NCBI GenBank assembly: GCA_020442165.1
Contig: JAGRKV010000022.1
Coordinates: 5,921 to 69,920 of the forward strand
Reading direction: 5' to 3'
DNA length: 64,000 nt
DNA from: Hyphomicrobiaceae bacterium
GTDB lineage: Bacteria > Pseudomonadota > Alphaproteobacteria > Rhizobiales > Hyphomicrobiaceae
The notes under the pieces were generated by a model that ran no database searches, was not told the DNA's origin, and was given only the letters and a program-made list of their open reading frames with translations. This document shows, in pieces, positions 10,015 to 18,710 of this stretch. A program made the position numbers and the translations under genes. Each line of letters begins with the position of its first letter. Positions within the stretch are counted from its first letter, which is position 1.

Positions 10015-10361
10015 ATCTTGTCTCCGATCTCACTGCGGATTTTCGTGATCTGCGACCCCATGCCGATCGCATCTTCGATGTCCACCTGAAAGGCCAACCC
10101 CGCCCCGACTTCCTCGTCGAACTTCCCGCCTTGCGCGATCGCCTCCAGGATTGGCCGGCTCAGGTGTTCTTCGACGATCAGCATCACGATATCGCGTTGG
10201 CCTTCGAGGGTCAGCCCGAGGAACGTCTTGGCCGGTTCCAGCCCCTCTCCGCGCGCACTGGTAATGACCGTACATCCCGTTGCTCCCGCCTGTCGCGCGG
10301 TCTCAAGCACCATGTCGGTCCTCTTCTCGTCTGTCATGGCGATGATGAGCTTGAATTTCAT
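10011..10361 (-). CDS. P-II-like signal transduction protein (the type associated with DUF1538)
   Basis: 116 aa with a beta-alpha-beta ferredoxin-like pattern: [40 protein letters not shown]...RDIVMLIVEE. ATGA overlaps on both sides. Confidence 0.75.
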   Translation of the reverse strand: MKFKLIIAMTDEKRTDMVLETARQAGATGCTVITSARGEGLEPAKTFLGLTLEGQRDIVMLIVEEHLSRPILEAIAQGGKFDEEVGAGLAFQVDIEDAIGMGSQITKIRSEIGDKI

Positions 10362-11194
10362 GTCTTTGCTCCGCTCTTGCTGTCAGTGGTGGCGCCAGAG
10401 GCTCGCGCGCCGTGCGTTAAAGATCCTGTCCGCCATTGCGTGATCTGCGCGTAGCCCATAACGCTTATCATCGGGAAAAGGCTTGCCAGTGCGATCAATC
10501 CGAATCCGTCGATCAGCGGCGATCGTCCAGGCACGGTCGAAGCAAGACCAAGCCCGAGCGCCGCGACCAGAGGCACCGTGACGGTCGATGTAGTCACGCC
10601 GCCTGAATCATAGGCCAGCGGCACGATCGTTCTTGGTGCGAACATGGTCTGCACGATGACCAGCGCATATCCGGCGACCATGTAGAGATAGAGCGGCGTG
10701 CCGGTGACGATGCGGAAAGTGCCAACCACCAGGCTGAGCGCCACGCCGATCGCCACCGCCACCCGCAGCCCGGTTGCACCCAGCGTCCCGCCCGAAACTT
10801 CGCGAGCCTTGATCGCAACAGCGATGAGCGAAGGCTCCGCTATCGTCGTCGCAAAGCCGATGGCGAAGGCAAAAAGATAAATCCAGTAATAGTCGGTCCA
10901 AGCGAGCGCTGTCGCAACGCTGCCGGAGCTGGCGATAAAAACCGGATCAGTCAACTGCTTCGCCATCGACTTGCCGAGCGGGAACAACGCCTCCTCCAGG
11001 CCGACCAGGAACAACGACAGCCCTACAATCACATAGACAACCCCGGCCATCACCCGCCCGAGGTTGGCAATCGGCTGTCGCAGCACGAACAGCTGGAACA
11101 CCGCTAGTACGATCGCAATCGGCGCCACGTCGAGTATCGTGCCGGTGAAGGCCTCTCGCGCCAGGCTAAGCGTTTCCAGTATCGTTCCCGTCAT
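10358..11194 (-). CDS. DUF1538 family polytopic membrane protein (copy 2)
   Basis: Highly hydrophobic protein paralogous to the upstream gene. Shared segments include [57 protein letters not shown] and RSPL(V/I)DGFGLIA(F/L)ASL. Confidence 0.8.
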   Translation of the reverse strand: MTGTILETLSLAREAFTGTILDVAPIAIVLAVFQLFVLRQPIANLGRVMAGVVYVIVGLSLFLVGLEEALFPLGKSMAKQLTDPVFIASSGSVATALAWTDYYWIYLFAFAIGFATTIAEPSLIAVAIKAREVSGGTLGATGLRVAVAIGVALSLVVGTFRIVTGTPLYLYMVAGYALVIVQTMFAPRTIVPLAYDSGGVTTSTVTVPLVAALGLGLASTVPGRSPLIDGFGLIALASLFPMISVMGYAQITQWRTGSLTHGARASGATTDSKSGAKT

Positions 11195-11925
11195 ACGAGA
11201 ATCCCGAAGATGAGCACAAAGATGATGGGCATGAGACTGGCAAAGGCAATGAGACCGAATCCATCGACGAGCGGGCTGCGGCCACGGATGACCGTTGCCA
11301 GTCCAATGCCCAGCGCCGTCACCAGCGGCACCGTGATCGTCGAGGTCGTCACACCGCCCGAGTCATAGGCAATCCCGATGATCTGTTGTGGCGCCACCGC
11401 CGTCAGCATCACGGCCAGCACATACCCGCCGATGATAAGCCATTGGATCGGCCAGCCTTTGAGGATGCGCAACACGCCCACCATGATCGCCACGCCGACC
11501 GAGAGCGCCACCGTGTAGCGGAGTTTCAGCGCATAGCTGGAAAGTATTGCTGGCTCATCGGCAATGGCGCCCGCCCCGGCCATCGTCCGCGCCGCCTCAT
11601 CGGCAATGGCGATCAATGCCGGCTCCGCGACTGTTGTCCCAAATCCCAGCCCGAATGAAAACACCATGAGCCAGAACAGGCTGCCCTTGCGGGCGAGCGC
11701 ACCGGCAAGCGACTCGCCGAGCGGGAACAGCGCCATCTCCAGCCCGCGGATGAACAAGGCAAGCCCGAGCATGACGAACACCAGCCCGACGACAATGCTG
11801 CCAAGATTCGGGAACGGCTGCTGCAGCACCACGATCTGGAAGAAACCGATGATGATGATGATCGGCGCGAGGTCACGGAGCGTTCCGGCGACGAGACGCA
11901 GAAATGAAACGAGACCGCTCCGCAT
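11191..11925 (-). CDS. DUF1538 family polytopic membrane protein (copy 1)
   Basis: Paralogue of 10358-11194. The ATG at 11925 ([29 protein letters not shown]) was chosen because the track extension to 12048 is non-hydrophobic and has atypical composition. Confidence 0.75.
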   Translation of the reverse strand: MRSGLVSFLRLVAGTLRDLAPIIIIIGFFQIVVLQQPFPNLGSIVVGLVFVMLGLALFIRGLEMALFPLGESLAGALARKGSLFWLMVFSFGLGFGTTVAEPALIAIADEAARTMAGAGAIADEPAILSSYALKLRYTVALSVGVAIMVGVLRILKGWPIQWLIIGGYVLAVMLTAVAPQQIIGIAYDSGGVTTSTITVPLVTALGIGLATVIRGRSPLVDGFGLIAFASLMPIIFVLIFGILV

Positions 11926-12064
11926 GGCCCTTGCCGAAGATCCTCTTGCTTGTACCGTTTCCGGGTACGCCGAGCCGCTCGCCGCTGACCATGATGGACT
12001 GGGACGTGGCCCGTCACCATTGCACGAGGTCAATTCGGCGAGAAACAACGCTCAAAGCGTGGGG

Positions 12065-12799
12065 TCAATCGGCCGCAAGGCTTGCAAGAAAGCCGGCGAG
12101 ATCTTCCGTCATGTGATGCACATGCTCTGGTGGCGCCGTCCAACTCTTGATCTTTAACTGCGCTGGATGATCCATGTAGCTGGAATGCACGAGCACGGTC
12201 GTCATGCCGAGCTGGTGGGCGGCAACCAGATTGTGCGGCATATCTTCAAACATTGCGGCTTGGGACGGTGCAACGCCATGCGCCTGCACCATCAGCTCAT
12301 AGGCCTCCCGCTGCTCCTTCGGCACGTAGCCGGTCGCGACGATGTCGCAGATGTCCTCAAACAGATGCAGCACGCCAAGCTTCCCCGCCACGTTTTCCGC
12401 ATGCCGGCGCGACCCGGCGGTGAAGATGAGCTTGCGGCCCGGCAGCCTCTCGATGGCAGCCGCCAGTTCGGGGTGCTCCGGAACAGGCGACAGGTCGATG
12501 TCGTGGACGTAGTCCAGAAACGCGGCTGGCTCCATCTTGTGGATCTTCATCAGCCCGGCGAGTGTTGTGCCGAACTGCTTGTAGTAGCTTTTCTGTAGAT
12601 GCCTCGCGTAGGCATAGGGCACACCCAGATACTTCTGGATGAATTCGCCCATGCGATGATCGACCTGCGCGAACAGGTTGCAGTCCGCGGGGTAGAGCGT
12701 GTTGTCGAGATCGAACACCCACACCCGCGTCCGCTCGAAACCGGGCCGAAGGGCGGGTCCAGCGGTTGCTGCGCTGCTGTGGGCGGTATCACCTGTCAC
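12065..12799 (-). CDS. HAD-superfamily pyrimidine 5'-nucleotidase
   Basis: HAD motif I VWVFDLDNTLY, downstream motifs (IFTAGS, MFEDMPHNL) and an overall pattern matching the pyrimidine 5'-nucleotidase subfamily. Its start overlaps the rimM stop by 4 nt. Confidence 0.8.
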   Translation of the reverse strand: MTGDTAHSSAATAGPALRPGFERTRVWVFDLDNTLYPADCNLFAQVDHRMGEFIQKYLGVPYAYARHLQKSYYKQFGTTLAGLMKIHKMEPAAFLDYVHDIDLSPVPEHPELAAAIERLPGRKLIFTAGSRRHAENVAGKLGVLHLFEDICDIVATGYVPKEQREAYELMVQAHGVAPSQAAMFEDMPHNLVAAHQLGMTTVLVHSSYMDHPAQLKIKSWTAPPEHVHHMTEDLAGFLASLAAD

Positions 12800-13353
12800 C
12801 GCTCCTCCCCCTGCGCATCCGCTTCGGCCTCGTCGTCGGCCACCGCAACCGGCATCTCGATCACCACGCGCCGCGCGGCCATATCGACCGTCGGCACGAA
12901 CGCCTTGGTGAATGGTATCAGCTCCGTCTTGCGCGAACCCGCAAGGCGAACCTCCAGCAGATCGCCTGCGCCGAAGTTCTGCACCGCCACAACTTCGCCG
13001 ATCACCGCGCCAGACGCATCAGCCGCCGCAAGCCCAATGAGATCGGCGTGATAGAAATCGTCGTCGGCCTCGGGCTCCGGCATCGCTTCGCGCGCCACAT
13101 GGAGCTTGCGGCCCTTGAGCAGCTCCGCGCCATTGCGATCGCTGACACCCTTGACCCGCGCGATCACGCCACCCTTTGGCGTCATGCGCATCACCTTAAG
13201 CGTCAGCGGCGCCGCTCCGGCTTGATCGACAAGCGGCCCGTAATCGGCGATCGCTTGGGGATCGGCGGTATAGCTGCGCACGACCACCTCACCGCGAATG
13301 CCATGCGCGCCGATGATCTCGCCGAGCAGAATAAGTTTCTCGCCTGCGCTCAA
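12796..13353 (-). CDS. rimM: Ribosome maturation factor RimM
   Basis: ILLGEIIGAHGIRGEVVVRSYT, a PRC-barrel C-terminal half and an acidic tail. TTG start with a GGAAGGG RBS. Confidence 0.9.
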   Translation of the reverse strand: MSAGEKLILLGEIIGAHGIRGEVVVRSYTADPQAIADYGPLVDQAGAAPLTLKVMRMTPKGGVIARVKGVSDRNGAELLKGRKLHVAREAMPEPEADDDFYHADLIGLAAADASGAVIGEVVAVQNFGAGDLLEVRLAGSRKTELIPFTKAFVPTVDMAARRVVIEMPVAVADDEAEADAQGEER

Positions 13354-13377
13354 CCCAAACCCTTCCTGCGCCAGCCC

Positions 13378-13959
13378 CTAGTTCGGCAGCGCGCCGAGGA
13401 ACGTCATCGTCACCTCGACGGGCTCACCCGCGATGTCTGCCACCGTCTGCGAGACCGGCGCTGCCCGCTCGAATTGTCCCGCGATCTCAATGATCGCGCC
13501 CTTTGGACCAGCCGCAAAGCCCGTTACCAATTCACCCTCGGGCGGCACATGCAGCCGCAGATGCACCGAATTCGTTTCCTTGACCGGATCGAATTCATAG
13601 GAACCCGAGAACACCCCACCCCAGCGGTCCGACCCTAGAATCTTGCCATTCCGCAGTACCGCCAGCGCGCTTCCGCAGGCGCCGCTTTCATCGCAGAAGA
13701 AGCTTGAGCGGTATTCCACGTTGTAGAGGCCTTCGTCGATCATTTTCGATCTCCCATTTACGCGACGTAACTCGGCCGCGAGCAAATCGGCGGGCAGCAA
13801 TCCAAGCACTCTGAGGTAGGCCGCCACCGGTCCAGGCAAAGAACCCTCCCCCGTCGCCCACAAGCTGACGGTGCGGGCGCTGACGTCCAAAAGCCGCGCC
13901 AACTCCACCTGTTTCAGACCGAGCCTCTCCAGGGCGTCCCTAAGGTTCACGTTCGTCAT
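13378..13959 (-). CDS. XRE-family HTH protein fused to a GrlR-like (lipocalin-type) domain
   Basis: The ATG at 13959 gives MTNVNLRDALERLGLKQVELARLLDVSARTVSLWATGEGSLP (a Cro/C1-type HTH). The C-terminal part, GLYNVEYRS...GSALAVLRNGKILGSDRWGGVFSGSYEF...VHLRLHVPPEGELVTG, follows the GrlR-family pattern. The track start at 14127 crosses the rpsP terminator and was rejected. Confidence 0.7.
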   Translation of the reverse strand: MTNVNLRDALERLGLKQVELARLLDVSARTVSLWATGEGSLPGPVAAYLRVLGLLPADLLAAELRRVNGRSKMIDEGLYNVEYRSSFFCDESGACGSALAVLRNGKILGSDRWGGVFSGSYEFDPVKETNSVHLRLHVPPEGELVTGFAAGPKGAIIEIAGQFERAAPVSQTVADIAGEPVEVTMTFLGALPN

Positions 13960-13966
13960 GAGTACA

Positions 13967-13994
13967 TTTATAGCATAATTTTCTGTTTTCACAA
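13967..13994 (-). promoter_or_regulatory. Sigma70-like promoter for the XRE/GrlR-like gene, predicting a near-leaderless mRNA
   Basis: On the minus strand: TTGTGA (13994-13989), 16-nt spacer, TATAAA (13972-13967), then only 7 nt to the ATG at 13959. It sits in the most AT-rich stretch of this part of the window. Confidence 0.4.
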
Positions 13995-14075
13995 TTTTTA
14001 CTATTTGACTAATATCGCCATCACTAGGCTCTCGTCCGGCGGCCGGTCCAACGCTGCGAACCCGGTCCCGAACCG

Positions 14076-14110
14076 CCAAAGAAAAGCCCGCCAGGCGAAC
14101 CCGGCGGGCA
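14076..14110 (-). terminator. Rho-independent terminator after rpsP
   Basis: On the minus strand: GCCCGCC (14109-14103), 10-nt loop, GGCGGGC (14092-14086), followed by TTTTCTTTGG. Confidence 0.65.
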
Positions 14111-14185
14111 TTGTCTTCACGAAGCAAATCTTGCCGGAAAGGCGCGCCGCCAAGGCAGCACTCGGCCCGGCAGGCGATTGCCGGC

Positions 14186-14563
14186 TTACTCGCCGGCAGT
14201 CGCCTCTTCCGCTGCCTTCTTCGCCGCCTCGGCCTTCTCGGCTTCCAGCTTCATGCGCTCCTGCGCCTTCTTCTTCGGCAGCGCCTTGGCGACCGAAACT
14301 TTCGCCGTGCGCTTCATCAGACCAGCCACATCGAGGAACCGCGCAACGCGGTCCGTCGGCTGCGCGCCGACCGACAGCCAGTGCTTGCAGCGCTCTTCGT
14401 TGAGCTTCACGCGCTCCGGGTTGTCCTTCTTCAGCATCGGATCATAGGTGCCGACCTGCTCGATGTAGCGGCCATCGCGCGGCGAAGTCGAATGGGCGGC
14501 GACGATGTAGTAGTAGGGCCGCTTCTTGGCGCCGCCACGAGCGAGCCGGAGTTTCACTGACAT
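14186..14563 (-). CDS. rpsP: 30S ribosomal protein S16
   Basis: [42 protein letters not shown], with a Lys/Ala-rich C-terminal extension as seen in alphaproteobacteria. ATG at 14563. Confidence 0.95.
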   Translation of the reverse strand: MSVKLRLARGGAKKRPYYYIVAAHSTSPRDGRYIEQVGTYDPMLKKDNPERVKLNEERCKHWLSVGAQPTDRVARFLDVAGLMKRTAKVSVAKALPKKKAQERMKLEAEKAEAAKKAAEEATAGE

Positions 14564-14662
14564 AAACATCTTCCTTTTGCTGTGCGACGCGCGTCGCTGT
14601 TCGTAGTCTTGATCGTCATGGCCATCGGCCGCCTTCCCCGAAACGGGTGAAGGAATCTCGTT

Positions 14663-16315
14663 TCACTTCTTCTTCTTGCCCGGCATCATTGGAAACCGCG
14701 GCCCGCCAAGGCCCGGCAATCCGCCACCGCCAAGCCCAGGCAATTTCGGCATGCCGCCCATGCCACCAAGCCCGGGCAGTCCGCCCGGCAATCCCTTCGG
14801 CAGGGCTCCAGCTCCAGCGCCACCAGCATCGCCGCCGCCGGCTTGTTCCAGCGCGTCCTTCACTTCCTGCGGCAACTGCTCCAACGCGCGCGGGTCAAGC
14901 TTCGACAATTCCTCTTTCATCTTGGCGAGCTCGGCGGCACTGGGCGCTGCTCCACCACCGCCCATGCCGAACATGCCGCCGCCACCCATGCCGCCCATCA
15001 TCTTCGACATGAGGCCGCCCTTGCCGCGCATCTTCTTCATCATGTCGGCCATGGTCAGGTGCATCTTGAGCAGCTTGTTGATGTCGGCCGGCGTCGTGCC
15101 GGAACCTGCCGCGATGCGCTTCTTGCGTTTGGCGTTGAGCACTTTCGGGTTGCGCCGTTCATGCGGCGTCATCGACGAGATGATGGCGCGCTGACGCTTC
15201 AATTCCTTCTCGAGTCCAGCCTCGTTGATCTGGCTCTTGAGCTTGGCGACACCGGGCATCATGCCCATCAGTCCGCCCATACCGCCCATTTTTTCCATCT
15301 GCTTGAGCTGATCGGAGAGGTCTTCCAGATCGAAGGCACCCTTGCGCATCTTCTGCGCAATCTCCTGGGCCTTCTGCATATCGACGTTCTGGATCGCCTT
15401 CTCGACGAGGCCAACGACGTCGCCCATGCCGAGAATGCGCCCGGCGATACGCTTGGGATCGAAATCCTCCAGCGCATCCCACTTTTCGCCGACACCGATG
15501 AGCTTGATCGGCTTGCCCGTAACCGCGCGCATCGACAGGGCCGCGCCACCGCGCCCATCGCCATCCGCGCGTGTCAGCACGATGCCGGTGATGCCCACCT
15601 GACCGTCGAACGCCGTCGCCGTGTTGACCGCGTCCTGACCGGTGAGACTGTCGGCAACCAGCAGCACTTCGTGCGGATTGGTGTCACGCTTGACGTCCGC
15701 CACTTCGCGCATCAGTTCGTCATCGACCGTCACGCGACCGGCTGTGTCGAGCAGAACGACGTCATAACCGCCCAGCTTGGCGGCATCGCGCGCGCGCCGC
15801 GCAATCTGCACCGGCGTCTGCCCGGCAACGATCGGCAGCGTATCGACCTGCGTCTGCTCGCCCAGCACCCTGAGCTGCTCCATTGCCGCCGGACGCCGCG
15901 TATCGAGCGACGCCATCAGCACCTTCTTGCGGTCCCGCGTCTTCAAGCGATACGCGATCTTGGCGGTGGATGTGGTTTTGCCCGAACCCTGCAGACCAAC
16001 CATCAGGATCGCTACAGGCGGCGTCGCGGCGAGATCGACCGGCTCGGCATCCGAGCCCAGCATCGCCACAAGCTCGTCATGGACGATCTTGACGACCATC
16101 TGGCCGGGCGTGACGGATTTCAGCACCGCCTGCCCAATGGCCTTGGCCTTTACCTTCTCGACGAAATCCTTGACCACGTTGAGCGCGACGTCGGCCTCAA
16201 GCAGCGCACGGCGAACCTCGCGCATCGCCTCGCCGACATCTGCCTCGCTGAGCGACCCGCGCCGCGTCAGCTTGTCGAGCACACCATTCAGGCGATCGCT
16301 TAAGGTCTGGAACAT
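14663..16315 (-). CDS. ffh: Signal recognition particle protein Ffh
   Basis: The ATG at 16315 gives MFQTLSDRLNGVLDKLTRRGSLSEADV. GTPase motifs GLQGSGKTT, DTAGR and TRADGD are present, along with a Met-rich M domain. A long Gly/Pro/Met-rich C-terminal tail (..GLPGGLPGLGGMGGMPKLPGLGGGGLPGLGGPRFPMMPGKKKK) explains the low-complexity DNA at 14663-14900. Confidence 0.95.
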   Translation of the reverse strand: MFQTLSDRLNGVLDKLTRRGSLSEADVGEAMREVRRALLEADVALNVVKDFVEKVKAKAIGQAVLKSVTPGQMVVKIVHDELVAMLGSDAEPVDLAATPPVAILMVGLQGSGKTTSTAKIAYRLKTRDRKKVLMASLDTRRPAAMEQLRVLGEQTQVDTLPIVAGQTPVQIARRARDAAKLGGYDVVLLDTAGRVTVDDELMREVADVKRDTNPHEVLLVADSLTGQDAVNTATAFDGQVGITGIVLTRADGDGRGGAALSMRAVTGKPIKLIGVGEKWDALEDFDPKRIAGRILGMGDVVGLVEKAIQNVDMQKAQEIAQKMRKGAFDLEDLSDQLKQMEKMGGMGGLMGMMPGVAKLKSQINEAGLEKELKRQRAIISSMTPHERRNPKVLNAKRKKRIAAGSGTTPADINKLLKMHLTMADMMKKMRGKGGLMSKMMGGMGGGGMFGMGGGGAAPSAAELAKMKEELSKLDPRALEQLPQEVKDALEQAGGGDAGGAGAGALPKGLPGGLPGLGGMGGMPKLPGLGGGGLPGLGGPRFPMMPGKKKK

Positions 16316-16710
16316 CTCGTCTCCCTGGTGCGAAGAGGCCGGCAGCCCCGCCGCAAATCCAATAGCCAAAGCACAAACGCACCCGCGGGCGAAACTCGCC
16401 GGCGGATGTTGACCCCCCTGCCTCCCGGATATGTGTCCCAAGGGACGAAAGATCCATGTGCAGGGCGGCGGCTCGTGCAAGACGGCCGTCGGAAATCGCC
16501 CGGAAAATGGCCGACACGACCACTAATGTCAAGCAATGCGGATGACGAACCGGCAGCTGTCGGCCCATTTACGCAAATGCCGACACCCCATTTGCTTTGA
16601 CATGGAATAACTCATAGCCTGCCCCAAGCGGACGCTATTCTGAGCCGCGTTCAGCTTGCCCCGGCACATCGGCCGAATTCAACAGGTCTCCCGATATTGA
16701 GGAAATTCAA

Positions 16711-17721
16711 ATGATTGGCGTTTCCCGTCACTCCAACACGGGCGTTCGTTTTGCTGTGCTGGTTTTTGGCATCATGCTGCTGCTGTTGTCCGGCAGCCCG
16801 CCGGCCATGTCGCAGAACGGTAATCCAGCCGAGAAATCGGCATTCGAAAGCGCCAAGGAGCTTGGCACCGCCGCCGCCTTCCAGGCCTTTCTCGCCAATT
16901 ACCCCACCGGCTTCTATGCCGATCTGGCCCGCGCATACGTCAAAAAGCTTGGCGGGAGCACCACGTCCGCAGCCACGCAATTTCCCGCAGGGCCGCGCTT
17001 TCCAGGCGTAACCGGACAAAACGTCGTATCGGTTCAGCATATCGGCGGCGCATTCGTGAAGAACGGGCCGGATTCCTGGGTGGAGCAGGGAACCAGCGGA
17101 TCGGCCGTCTTCCGCTTCAGGGAAACCGGGCGGACCGACCGCGAAGTCCAGCTCTTTGATGGCTCGCGCAATGTCTACCTCGGCCTCGACGTCGTCGACG
17201 CCATCGTCTGGTATTCCGATTCCGCTCAGCCGCGCCGGCCGCTCTACCAGATCACCCATGCGCAAGCAGGCGCCGTGGCACCGCCGCCATATGCAAGCTA
17301 CCCGAAGCCGAAACCCAGCTCACCCACATATAAGCCAGCCAAGCGTCCCATTGGCTGCGAAGAAGGTCAGCGCCTCGTCAACGGCCGCTGCCGCACCATT
17401 CGCGCTGGCGAAAAGCCGCAGGGCTGCCCCAAGGGAACCGAACCCATCCCGGAAACCGATGCCTGCCGTCCGATCAAGAAGCGCACTCAACGGTGCCGGA
17501 GCGGATACATCAAGCTCGATGGCAAGTGCATTCGGCGCAATGAGGCTGGAAGCTACTGCGGTCCCGGTTACAGACCGAGCGGCGGCAAATGCGTTCCAGG
17601 TGCCTATCAGGCGCCCAAACCCAGCTCGAACCGTCCAGCCTGGCAGATCGAAGCGATCAAGAAGGGCTGCAAACCGGGACAGGGCTGGAATCCGCAGGAA
17701 GGCTGCCACGAAAACGACTGA
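16711..17721 (+). CDS. Exported protein with C-terminal Cys-bracketed repeats
   Basis: Signal peptide (FAVLVFGIMLLLLSGSPPAMSQ) and an N-terminal AFQAFLANYPTGFYADLARAYV motif. There are five C-x2-G-x(7-9)-C units: CEEGQRLVNGRC, CPKGTEPIPETDAC, CRSGYIKLDGKC, CGPGYRPSGGKC and CKPGQGWNPQEGC. Confidence 0.6.
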   Translation: MIGVSRHSNTGVRFAVLVFGIMLLLLSGSPPAMSQNGNPAEKSAFESAKELGTAAAFQAFLANYPTGFYADLARAYVKKLGGSTTSAATQFPAGPRFPGVTGQNVVSVQHIGGAFVKNGPDSWVEQGTSGSAVFRFRETGRTDREVQLFDGSRNVYLGLDVVDAIVWYSDSAQPRRPLYQITHAQAGAVAPPPYASYPKPKPSSPTYKPAKRPIGCEEGQRLVNGRCRTIRAGEKPQGCPKGTEPIPETDACRPIKKRTQRCRSGYIKLDGKCIRRNEAGSYCGPGYRPSGGKCVPGAYQAPKPSSNRPAWQIEAIKKGCKPGQGWNPQEGCHEND

Positions 17722-17762
17722 TGCCAACGCGCCGGGTAAGGTCCGCCGCGCGAGCTTGGACC

Positions 17763-18452
17763 TTACTCGACGCGATGGGACTTCAACTCGTTGACAAGCT
17801 TGCCGAGCTGGATCGCAACTTCCAGCCCGGTTTCCACCGTCTGCTTCAGTGAAGCGCGGTTCTGAATGAGGGCGTTAAGCCGCTCCTGCTGTTCGCCCAA
17901 GCCGAAAAAGACCGCCTCCGGCGGTTCGAGATCGCCGTCCTCGACCGCGCACATGACGTCGAAGGCATTCTGCGAGGCTAGCACCAGCATCGACGCCACG
18001 TCGTTCATGAGTTGATGATAGAGGCGGCAACTATCGGCATCGACCCGGGGGCCATGCACACCAAACTTCAGCGGCGAAGAGCCCTGCGCGCCTTCTCCTG
18101 CATAAAGCTTCGGGTTGCGCTGGAACCGCTTGAAGATCTCGATGAGGCCCAGGCAGCACGATTCAAGATCCTTCAACGCCGTCGACACCTTGCGCCGTGA
18201 CTTGGGCCGGTTCTCCGTCCGCTCCTCGGCGGTCCAGTTGATGGTGGCGATCGAAGAAATCGCTCCAAGGGCGGCAATCGCCGGCAAGACGGCGGCGAAC
18301 GGATCTGGCGCGATACGGCTATGTTCGTCCACGGTAAACTCGACGAGTTTGGACTTTTGCTTGGGCGCTGCCTTGGCCACGTACGGATTCCAGATTCTAT
18401 TGCGTCCAGCCACACGTCGGCCCGGAGCCGCATCATAAACCAAGCAAAGCAT
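17763..18452 (-). CDS. Hypothetical protein (orphan, start uncertain)
   Basis: 229-codon ORF with one hydrophobic segment (FAAVLPAIAALGAISSIATI) followed by a helical, Cys-containing region. No family recognised. Confidence 0.45.
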   Translation of the reverse strand: MLCLVYDAAPGRRVAGRNRIWNPYVAKAAPKQKSKLVEFTVDEHSRIAPDPFAAVLPAIAALGAISSIATINWTAEERTENRPKSRRKVSTALKDLESCCLGLIEIFKRFQRNPKLYAGEGAQGSSPLKFGVHGPRVDADSCRLYHQLMNDVASMLVLASQNAFDVMCAVEDGDLEPPEAVFFGLGEQQERLNALIQNRASLKQTVETGLEVAIQLGKLVNELKSHRVE

Positions 18453-18710
18453 GCACGCTAAGGGAGAAGCGCGCGCCGTCCTCGCAACGCTTTGTATCGT
18501 GCGTCAAGCGGTCACTACCGCATGTCGAAACAGCGACGAATGGCGCTGGCACCGCAGCATTTAGGCACCGAAAGAGTAGTTTTTGTCCCGGTCGGCCAAC
18601 AACCGCCACGACGGCTCTTGCCCCCCGTCAAAATTACCGCCAATCTGGCGGTGGCTCATGACGAGTGCGTCCTACTGTGACGCGAGGATTGAGAGCGGGG
18701 ATCTCCAGGC

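Noticed and set aside
14663-14900. Low-complexity, repetitive GC-rich DNA that could be mistaken for a tandem repeat or array
   Set aside because: It is in frame with ffh and encodes the Gly/Pro/Met-rich C-terminal tail. There is no spacer/repeat periodicity as in CRISPR.
14843-16303. 486-codon plus-strand ORF
   Set aside because: It lies entirely antisense to ffh, whose translation carries all SRP GTPase motifs. The shadow product is Arg/His/Leu-rich with no motifs. Open antisense frames are expected at this GC content.
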